Source of the DNA: Octopus sinensis
Lineage: Eukaryota
Assembly (NCBI RefSeq): GCF_006345805.1
Contig: NC_042999.1
Coordinates: forward strand, 141,484,001-141,548,000
DNA: 64,000 nucleotides
Direction: 5' to 3'
The notes under the pieces are model-generated. The model searched no databases. It was not told where the DNA came from and was given only the letters and a program-made list of their open reading frames with translations. A program made the translations under genes and the position numbers. Every line of letters starts with the position of its first letter. Position 1 is the first letter of the stretch. This document shows, piece after piece, positions 54,147-64,000 of the stretch.

Positions 54147-54674
54147 CTAGCTGTTAGACTCGGCATTGCTTGTGTTTTCCGTGTTGATGTAAAGCCCACC
54201 TCTGCCCTTCTATTGAAATCTTCTATGTTCCACGTGCCAACTATTTTCCATCAAGATGTTATATATGGTTCGGTTGGCTGTTGCAGGATGAGTAGATGTG
54301 TGGCAGGCAGAGGAAAAATGGTCAGAGCAGGCAACGGTGTTTTGTTGATGGAGCAGCATATACTGACATCAACTCACTGCCAATGAGCCTCACTCACTTA
54401 TTGATTTTCATCAAAAACGCACAAAAATTGCAAGAGCAGCAGGAAAAATAACATCGTTATGGCAATTTCCATTCAAACCCCAGATTGAGATCACAAAAAT
54501 CGATGCCAACTGAGCATTATTGAGTTTTCAAAAAATTCTGGCCTTATTTGAACTTCAGGGCATGTTATCTACTTATGTGCCAAAAATCATTAAAATCGTT
54601 TGGATGATGTGGGAGGAGTTACAGTAACCCCAAACACAGACAGACAGACACCATTATATATTTATGTACATAGA
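54147..54674 (-). mobile_element. Non-autonomous Helitron-like element
   Basis: On minus: A|TC start, (CTGT)n tract near the 5' end, decayed GC hairpin and CTAG|T end. Confidence 0.55.
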
Positions 54675-54709
54675 TATATTAACAATATTAATAATAAAGA
54701 TTATTATGA

Positions 54710-56365
54710 AGGTGATGAAGGTTACGGAGAGGGTCATAGCCCAACTAATTAGAGAGAGAGTTAGTTTAGATGAGATGCAGTTTGGGTTTGTGCCAGGGAA
54801 AAGTACTACTGATGCTATATTCCTGGTAAGGCAGCTGCAGGAGAAATACCTAGCCAAAGATAAGTTTCAGGTGTGGAAACAAGGATTAGAATCGAAGGGC
54901 CTCAGAGTCAATCTAGCTAAAACCAAAGTCGTAATCAGTAGGAAGGTAGACAAATCACAAATGCCTTCAGGTAGATGGCCCTGCTCGATCTGTAGAAAAG
55001 GTGTAGGTAGAAACTCTATAAGATGCACCAAGTGTAAGCTATGGACACATAAGAGGTGCAGCAATGTCAAAGGAAGGCTAACTAGGAAGATGGTTTTTGT
55101 ATGTGGCAGATGCTCAGGAACAATAAACACTGAAAATGCTCTGAGACCAACTTCCGTTACTTTCCAGGGAGAAAAACTAGAAATAGTTGATAGTTTCCGT
55201 TACCTAGGTGACCAAGTCAGTAGCGGGGGCGGGTGTGCTGAAAGTGTAACTGCTAGAGTAAGAATAGCTTGGGCAAAGTTCAGAGAGCTCTTACCTCTGC
55301 TGGTGACAAAAGGCCTCTCGCACAGAGTGAAAGGCAGACTGTATGATGCGTGTGTACGAACAGCCATGCTACATGGCAGTGAAACATGGGCCGTGACTGC
55401 TGAGGATATGCGTAAGCTCGCAAGAAATGAAGCCAGTATGCTCCGATGGATGTGTAATGTCAGTGTTCATAATCGACAGAGTGAAAGTACCTTGAGAGAA
55501 AAGCTGGACCTAAGAAGCATCAGTTGTAGTGTGCAAGAGAGACGATTGCGCTGGTATGGTCATGTGGCGAGAATGGATGAAGATAGTTGTGTGAAAAAGT
55601 GCCACACCCTAGCGGTTGAGGGAACCTGTGGAAGAGGCAGACCCAGGAAAACCTGGGACGAGGTGGTGAAGCACGACCTTCGAACTTTAGGTCTCACTGA
55701 GGAAATGACTAGAGACCGAGTCCTCTGGAAGTGTGCTGTGCGCGAGAAGACCCGGCAGGACAAGTGAGTCCATAACCCGTGGCCTTCTACTTGGGATGGA
55801 GCCAGCCTACGTATGCATACCTTCCCTTCTTGGGACACAAAAACTCTACTTGTGAAGACCTGTTGAGGCAAGTGAGGATCAGAATGGAAATCGATCAATG
55901 GAAATTGCAGATGTGTTACCAGTGCCGGTGGCATGTCGAAACTCTACTTGTGAAGACCCGTTGAGGCAAGTGAGGATCAGAATGGAAATCGATCAATGGA
56001 AATTGCAGATGTGTTACCAGTGCCGGGCATGTAAGAGAACCTTCCGTTTCGCGACCGTTGCCAGCACCGCCCCATTTCGTGTCCGTGCCAGCCTCGCCTG
56101 GCCCTTGTGCCGGTGGCACATAAAAAGCACCATCCATTCGTGGCCGTTTGCCAGCTCTGTCTGGCACCTGTGCGGGTGGCACGTAAAAAGCACCCACTAC
56201 ACTCACGGAGTGGTTGGCGTTAGGAAGGGCATCCAGCCATAGAAACACTGCCAGATTTGACTGGGCCTGATGAAGCCTTCTGGCTTCACAGACTCCAGTA
56301 GAACCGTCCAACCCATGCTAGCATGGAAAACGGACGCTAAACGACGATGATGATGATGATGATGA
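54710..56365 (+). mobile_element. Young RTE LINE, 5'-truncated, internally deleted, with complete 3'UTR and (GAT)n tail
   Basis: ORF to 55767 (QFGF.PGKST.DAIF, YLGD, GRPRKTW); YADD region missing; about 98-bp tandem duplication at 55841-56026. Confidence 0.95.
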
Positions 56366-56627
56366 TTACTATGAAGCTGCATAGCATCATTACCTTTGAT
56401 TCTTCAATTTATATACCACCTTACATAGACCAACAGATGTTTCAATTGCACCAATTAGTAACCATTGCAATTGCAACCCAACTGTAAGACCATTTTTTCA
56501 GGATCTTTATCTAATACCCTTCAATTTGGCCATTTAAAGATTTTCTTTTATCTACTCTGCATTGTATAATGTAGAGCATATTCCGAATACCTGATGGCAA
56601 ACCGGTAATCCCTTACTATTTACAGAT

Positions 56628-56663
<36 letters not shown>

Positions 56664-57523
56664 ATACATATATAATATAATATAATATAGTATTATATAA
56701 TATATATCATCATCATCATCATCATTTATCATCCATTTTCCATGCTGGCATGAGGTGGGTGGTTTTACAGGAGTTGACCAACTGAAGAGCTGCTTTGGCT
56801 CTATGTCTGTTTTGGCATGGTTTCTACAGCTTGATGCCCTTCCTAACACCAACCACTTTACCTAGTGTATTAGGTGCTTTCACGCAGCACCAGCACAAGT
56901 GCTCTTATGTGGCACTGGTATGGGTGCTTTTACGTGGTACCAGTATTTATAAACCTGCAAAATTAGGAATGCTCAGCTGGAGAGGGATGCAGGGGACAAG
57001 ACTGTATGCAAGGACACCTGCACTTTTACTTAGCTTGACGTGTCTTTTCAAGCACAGCAAACTGCCAGGAGTCTCAGTCCTCTGTCTTCTCCTCTGTATG
57101 TCCCAACATCTTTCATCTTTATTTGTTTCAGTCATTTGACTGTGGCCATACTGGAGCACCACCTTTAGTTGAACTAATCGACCCCAGGACTTATTCTTTG
57201 TAAGCCTAGTACATTTTCTATCAGTTTCTTTTGCTGAACTGCTAAGTTACAGGGATGTAAACACACCAATGTCGGCTGTCAAGCAATGGTGGGGGTACAA
57301 ACACAGACACACACCAACACGCACACACACACACACACACACGCACACGACAGGCTTCTTTCAGTTTCCCTCTACCAAATGTGCTCACAAGGCTTTGGTT
57401 GGCCTGAAGTTATAGTAGAAGAGTATATCTATGTCTACTCATGATTACATAAGCACTTAAAACTACTTGTGAGCATATATATTACCAAGCCATACTTGCT
57501 CACAAATAACAACTGGCTCTTAA

Positions 57524-57925
57524 GCCTTTAGCATTTAAACCAGCTATATCCAACCAAAATATTCTACCTGTTTTATGTTTAAACTGGTCAGATGTGACCT
57601 CTCACACCAATCCTACAATCAGATCCATTGCTGCCAGACTTTGGTGTCGGGTGGGGTGCTTCAGAGATATTGTGAATGGGACTAATTTGTAATAATGTTG
57701 AAGTGGAGTTTCAAAATAAATGTAAATATGAGGGTGCATCATTGAATAGTGAGGGGGTAGTGCCATCCAGTACATCCCCTTAGTGATGGGCATGTCTACA
57801 ATATCATTCTAAAAATTAACAGTTACTGCATCAAAATCACAAAGCTACAAGATAATGCCTGATAATTCATAACAATGTGAATAAATAATCATTACTTTTG
57901 GCAAAAGAATATGAATGCAAAAGGG
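57524..57925. mobile_element. piggyBac-type MITE (TTAA TSD) with nested insertion
   Basis: TTAA|gcctttagcatt ... aatgcaaaaggg|TTAA. Confidence 0.8.
57620..57794. mobile_element. hAT-like MITE nested in the piggyBac MITE
   Basis: Absent from the 13682 copy; TSD cctacaat/tctacaat; decayed TIRs cagatccattgct / agtgatgggcatg. Confidence 0.65.
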
Positions 57926-60906
57926 TTAATATATTTTGTAGTCTTCAAATTTTTCAGACTTATGCTTTATATATATCATTAATATTTCTTTAAACTAATG
58001 TTGCTTAAAAAACTTAATTTATTTATGGCTTAAAATAGTAACATCCTGAAAAGTTTTGCTTGTTAGGTAAATATTGTTTTTTACTTTAAGGCAATTTTGG
58101 TAAATAAGTATACAGGGAACTACATTTACATTGCTATATTACTGGTACTTATATTATCAGCTCTAGAAATATGAGTGCCAACTCCAGAATGATGGAAAAC
58201 AAAGTTACCTCCAGTAGGGATTTGAACTCAAGACCATAATGGGAAAACATTTAAGTTGGTTCTCAACTATTTCTATCAGCTTCTCTGAATGACAATAAAT
58301 AAATAAATAAATGAATAAATAAATACATAAATGATATGCTAAATAAACTTTTGTTGTTTAGCCCAAGGTCAGATCAGATGAAGTAGGTTTATGATCAAAA
58401 GTTTTGAAGCTATGACCATTCCATCTATTTATCTAGAGCTACAATATTTTCTTTATTAACCAATAAACTTTAGTCCTCAGGAATTGAACAAAAAAGAATG
58501 AGACAAAACCATAGAGGGAGAAAAGACAGAAAAAAGAGAGAGAATGTGGGGAGGAAACAAAATGTAGAAGCAACTAACAAATAATTGTAACATAGCTATT
58601 AATAATTTGTTGTTCTTCATTCTCAACAGGAAGCAAAAGATGGTGAAGAAAGAAATATCTCCCCACCTCACTTGTTTTGGAGACAGCAAGAAAACATATC
58701 TAGACATCTTACAATGGACAATGCTATGTGAAACTGTGGCTTTTATTCAGCAATCAGCTTCTGTTTTTGTTTTTGTTAACAACTTCCACTTATATTTGAA
58801 GCAAATATATATACATATATATCTCCTGTATAACTGACTTCATTGATTTATCTTTTACGAAGCTACATGGTGACCTAAGCTGAAAGGTTGAATGGGGAAC
58901 ATAGGTAGTGAAATTTGAATAGAAAAATATCAACTATTAAAGCTTAACAGTGTGTGGTATGGACAATGAAATGTTGATAGTGAAAATTTGTAATTTTACA
59001 GAAAAAGTTTGACCATGAAATGGGGATTTGGTGATTGGAACACTAAAAACATCAGCTGAAAGATCTGAACTCTTGATAGCAAAAAGAGGCAATAAGAGAT
59101 GTGCTTTATAAAGAAATTTGAGCACTGAAAAGATAGCTATGAAACATGAACAATGAAATATTGGTAGTGAAATGTAAGCAATGAGAGATGTGTAGTAAAA
59201 GCTTGATAAATAAAATTTGAGCACTAAAAAAAGATAGCTCTGAAATCTGATTAGTCTTTCTGTTTTATTGTTTACACAGAGTCGTGGTGAAAAGATTGGT
59301 TGGATACAATGTAAGTGGTCCTTTCTTGGCCCCTTCACAATACTAATTCTTAGAGAAAGAGAAACAAGAAAATGACCCAAGTTTTTGATTGATACTTTGC
59401 CTATCTTAACAGAACAATAGGTTAAATTGACCTTTGCAGTATTTGAACCCAGTGCACTGAGAGCCAAAAAAAACCCCATAAAGCTGTAACAACTCAGTCA
59501 GTTTGCTAACATAGCAGAATAGTAAAATAAATATTGGCAGAGAAAACTGGACAGTTAAAGACTGGTTGTGAAGGGATTAATTATTGTACATGGTGGAAAA
59601 TTAATTGTGAAATGTAAACAACAAAACATGGACAGTAAAATTTGGGCCATGAAATATACATTGTGAAAACTGGGAAGTTAATAAAATTTATAAGGAAAGA
59701 ATAATTTTTCATAAAAAAGAGATAAGTTTTAATCTTGGTTCCTCTTAAATGTTGTCACAAGACATTAACATTTTATATTAAGTTTATATCGACTTCTTTG
59801 TACTATTTTAATCCTTAACTCCACCTAGCTTTAACATTAGCCATGTATTTTAATAAGATTAATATTTATTTCCAACAGACTCTTTTTGCATACTTTCTAT
59901 ACAACTTATATTTAGCCATGCAAAAGGTTAAAATTCTGTTGGAATTTGATTTTTTACACAAACCTAAATTTAGTACAAGCTTTAATATCCACAGACTCCT
60001 TTTATTACATTGATTTAGCTGTTAAACAAAACTAAATCCCTGGATAAACTAAGTCTTTATGCTTATCAAATGCTTTGGGATTTTTTTTTATTAATTTAAT
60101 GTTAGATTATTCTAACCAATCTGTTTAACTTTTTATAATTATTTATGCATTTGGAATGAAATGCTTACGGCTACATATATGCAAGCATGGTTGTATGGTT
60201 AAGAAGTATACTTGCCAACCATGTGGTTTTGGGTTCAATCCTACTGCATGTTAGACACTTGGGTAAGTGTCTAACAAGAAATTACAATTTATTAATATAT
60301 TGCAATTTCCTGTTATGTTAATGATAGAGACTACATTTTTAACCAGTATTTAAATCTAGAAATATGTCTAGGAATTGAGTATACTTAGATTTGAAATTAC
60401 TGTGAATAATTCCCAATGTGAAATGCAGTGTATTGTTTCAAGAAGTTTCAGCATCTAATAAAATATACAATCTCTATGAATTGAGTATTTTTCCTTTGTT
60501 TGTAAATACAATAATTCACCAGTCCTCATATCTGCAGGTGTATATAACTAGACCAAAGAATGAAGAGAGTATAACATGTTCAAACTGTTGCACTGGTACA
60601 TCACTGCATTTTGGAGTGTGCAATATGGTTCCCAAGTTGGTAGAGACATGGAATAACTTGGGAGATGGCGCAATATGTTGCACCTTGTTGTTCAAGCAAT
60701 TAAATAACAACAGCTATATAACACAACCCACAGCATTCTCTATATACAATTGCCATCCCTTCCCCCAAATAACACATGTATTTTTTACTTAATCTCCACC
60801 TGTATTAAAGCACATCTTACACACCATCAACAACATACACAACCCACATTCTACACAAGTACCACAACAATAATATAACACAATCTAAACAGCACATACT
60901 CTAGAT

Positions 60907-61152
60907 CAGTGGTTTTCAACTGGGATCCATATAGCCCTTGCATATAAGATTTTGTTGTTAAAATTTATCTGCAGTAAATTTGTTATACTTCTACAATTCA
61001 CAAAAAATTTTAACAATTTTCTTTTTACAATTTCAAATAATATTTAATTCTAAAAATATATGATTTTTTAAACATTGAAAGGTTACGGGTATCCATCTGA
61101 ATAAAATAGGACTCAAAGGGGTCTACAGCTAAAAAATGGTTGAGAAACACTA
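60907..61152. mobile_element. hAT-Charlie-type MITE
   Basis: TIRs CAGTGGTTTTCAAC / GTTGAGAAACACTA; perfect 8-bp TSD ctctagat. Confidence 0.9.
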
Positions 61153-61579
61153 CTCTAGATAAACACCATCTAACACTAAAGTTCATAACACAACTCTTAC
61201 AACATATACAAAACCCTCATCATCCCACACAATAACATAACTTACATTGCACATGATCTTCACAACAGACAAAACAATATACGAAAAATCAGAAACAACA
61301 TAACAAATCCCATAACAAAGCAAAATTGATGTAGTATAGAACACAATTCTACATTGCTAGAAGAATGTTATTCACATTTCAGAAAGAAAAAAAATGGAGA
61401 TGCATTTGAGGTGCAGTAAAAATTCACTTGAAACTGGTGAAAATATTTCATGTTCAAAACTTGATAACATTAATAAGAATTTTGTTATTTGCTTTAAAGA
61501 TACTGAAAAAGATTGCAAAAATAAAGGAATTCCAACCACGTTTTGTGGTTTGTTACAACAGCTTCTTTATAGGTTCCAG

Positions 61580-63545
61580 TAGCTAAAGACATCATCAGGA
61601 GGAACCAGGTCCAGTTTCGGCCCCTACTCTGCTACCATTTTCGATGTGGCGCCCCCACCGTATCAGAAGTGTCTTAACATTTGGTGTTGAGTGCATTTCT
61701 TCTTTCTTCTTTTTTCTTTTGTTCTTTGGTTTCTTTGATGCATCGTCGACAAATGTCAGCAGGCGACTAACCATCCTGCCAAATATCCCTTTAAATACTT
61801 GCTGGTAGGCTCCAGCAGCCAGCACCAGCTAACTATCACATGACACTGTGTAAGCTTCAACTGGCCAATGGAGGGAAGGGCATGTAGTCTTAGCCCGTGC
61901 CCTCTCTAAACCTGCCTTCCAACGGTGTCATGTTATTTTCATTTCCAGCCAGAGCCAACCAGCTGTTTGGTGGTACAAGCCTTCAAACCAGGTAGAGGGT
62001 GTACTATGAACAAGATCACTACCTTGGCCCACCTGTCAATTAGCGATGCTGCTTAAGTGTCAGCCAGCCTCACCTAGCGATGCTATTTCCCAGTCGGCAT
62101 GTTATGGCTTTCAAGCCATTTTGGATCTTCTCGCTTCAGCCATATATAGAAGCTGGCTTTTTCAACTGCCTCCTGTATCATCCTTATTACTTCTCTCACT
62201 CTGAGCTCGAAAATACAAACCTTCTTTTAAATAATGTCGTAATTTTCCTTTCAATGAAGCCTCTAGCCCCCACTGCCATGTGGCAATACTTGACAGTCCA
62301 TCCCTGTTTTCCACACTCTTCAGTTAATCTCTCATACCTCTTCTCCTTCTGTTGCTCTGCATTAGCAATATTCTCTTCCCATGGCGCTGTCAGCTTTTGC
62401 AAAATTCCAATTTTCCATTCTGTGTTCCGTAGGATTAAGTCTGGTCTTTTTGTTGCTTTTATGAGTGGAAATATTAACAGTCTTTCCAAATCTGTAGCCA
62501 GCTCTCAGTATCCCCTCCACCTTTCGTCTGTCTTGTATATTTTATTTGAAGGCCTGGCCTTATGTCCTTTTCCCTCCTTCTGGAAATATATTTTTCTGCA
62601 CTTTTCCACTTTTGGGTATTCTCCCATTATACCCCTTAATCTTCTCCTTGGGTGCTGTGCTTATGACACTAAGGACTTGATTGGGACACCATATATATCT
62701 GTCTAGTGCTAGCCTGCAGTTTGACAGAACATGTCTCACTGTTGCTTTCTCTCTGCATCTACATTCATCAGTTGTTTGTATGTTCCACCAGACTAAATTT
62801 GTTGGTGAAGGTAAAACATCGAAGGTAGAGTTGATCAGGAAGGATGTTCTTGCTTGTTCCCAAGCCCAAAGTCCCCCCCCGCCATGAGATTCTGCGACTA
62901 ACTAAATATTCCTGTCATCTCAGGCACTGTCTGTACATTTTGCCTTTCTTCTTCCTCCTTACTCACTTCGTGTACCATTGTCTCTTTCATCTCTTTTACA
63001 CTGCTCATGCAAAATGGTTTGAAATTGTGCAACCCTAGACCAGCTCTTGCTTCTTGCATCACTCCGACTATATCAGCATGCCTTAGCTTTACGATCACCC
63101 TGTTTACTGTCTCTTCTGTTTTCCATTTCCTCCCTGTTAATACCTTTGAAGGGTTTTCTCGGATGTTCTGATATTTTGAATACCTTAGCATCATTATTTT
63201 CCTTGCCTATCCTGCCTTATATTCTTTGGCGATTGATGTTATCAGTAGTTGCAGCACGGGTTTTCCATACAGTGCAGTTGTAATAAGTGGTTTTGGAAGA
63301 CCCAGCCATTTTCTGATAAACACACTGCATCTTTGTTCCATCCTTTCTACTCTACTTGAGGCTATTTCATACATTTGCAATGGCGTTGGGTACAGTCCAA
63401 ATTGCAGTATCCAACATTTGAATTTCCCCAGTAATGTTGTTCTGTCAATTGCCTTTAGTCTTGTTCCACTAAATCATGTGCTTCTTTGCTTTGCTTTTTA
63501 TTATTTAGTAAGTCTCTGTACCATCAGCCAAGACTCTTTACTGGT
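61580..63545 (-). mobile_element. HERO-like RLE non-LTR retrotransposon, 5'-truncated and decayed
   Basis: RKWLGLP, TGRKW, RPDL...LTAPWEE...K..RY..L...C...GW...VGARGF motifs. Confidence 0.8.
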
Positions 63546-64000
63546 TGTTCTAAATAAAACTACAAAACGATTTTTGAGAAAAAGATTTACAAGAATTTAA
63601 AAAAAATAATAGTGATTGTATAAAAAAAATGTTATAGTAAAGCTTTATAAATATGTAAAAAAAAAGTTATCTCAAATAGAAGACAGATATTCTGAAACAA
63701 TGAAAGGATACAGAAACCAATCATCCATTCAAGGAAAATACTTTGTTCTGAATCCAAACTGTGGATTAAACTGAAGAGTTGCACCTTTCCACTACATCAT
63801 ACCACTCATTATTTTCCCTCTTTTATAAAATGTGCTCAAGATAAAGATTTCTCTATGCTCTCTCTGCTTTAAGCAGTAGTTTTACAAAACTCAATTGAGT
63901 CCCACTATAAAATATTACACTCACAGCTGGGACAGTATTGTTGCTATGCCTATAATTTAGCAACACGGTTTCAAATGGTTTCAAATTTCAAATTTTGGCA

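Noticed and set aside
55921-56195. Repeat-spacer pattern of palindromic units resembling a CRISPR array
   Set aside because: Units are degenerate, spacers are related to each other, the array sits in a LINE 3'UTR ending in (GAT)n, there are no cas genes, and the context is eukaryotic.
56265-56275. CTGATGA as a hammerhead core
   Set aside because: Point variant of ctggtgcagcc in the RTE tail; no stem II or GAAA. Isolated CTGANGA hits at 7680, 17148, 44351 and 63771 were rejected likewise.
58937-59479. 180-aa hydrophobic ORF
   Set aside because: No recognisable motif; AT-rich sequence with a short internal duplication; probably a chance ORF.

Overview
AT-rich, repeat-dense eukaryotic (metazoan) DNA. 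The repeat landscape looks like a coleoid cephalopod (Octopus-type) genome; this is inference, not a database match. The only host gene I can fully support is a minus-strand class-3 aldehyde dehydrogenase (ALDH3/FALDH-like). It has 13 coding exons from 47207 to 16635, all with GT-AG junctions and matching phases, giving 514 aa plus an unlocated first exon. The catalytic LELGGK and GQICIAPDY motifs and a C-terminal transmembrane anchor are present. The rest is mobile DNA: RTE, CR1, R4/Dong-like and HERO-like non-LTR retrotransposon fragments, a full-length dead mariner, hAT/piggyBac/mariner MITEs, Helitron-like elements, several SINE families and microsatellites. The most interesting signal is absent from the ORF track. 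At least six sequence-unrelated short repeats carry minimal type-I hammerhead-ribozyme-like folds (stem I-CUGANGA-stem II-GAAA-short palindromic stem III-NUH-stem I), as described for Penelope-like elements. Several have non-canonical cores, and several sit in 150-400 bp fold-back palindromes in and just downstream of the ALDH gene. A CpG-retaining region at about 2.2-6.3 kb may hold the 5' end of another gene. All folds and alignments were done by eye.
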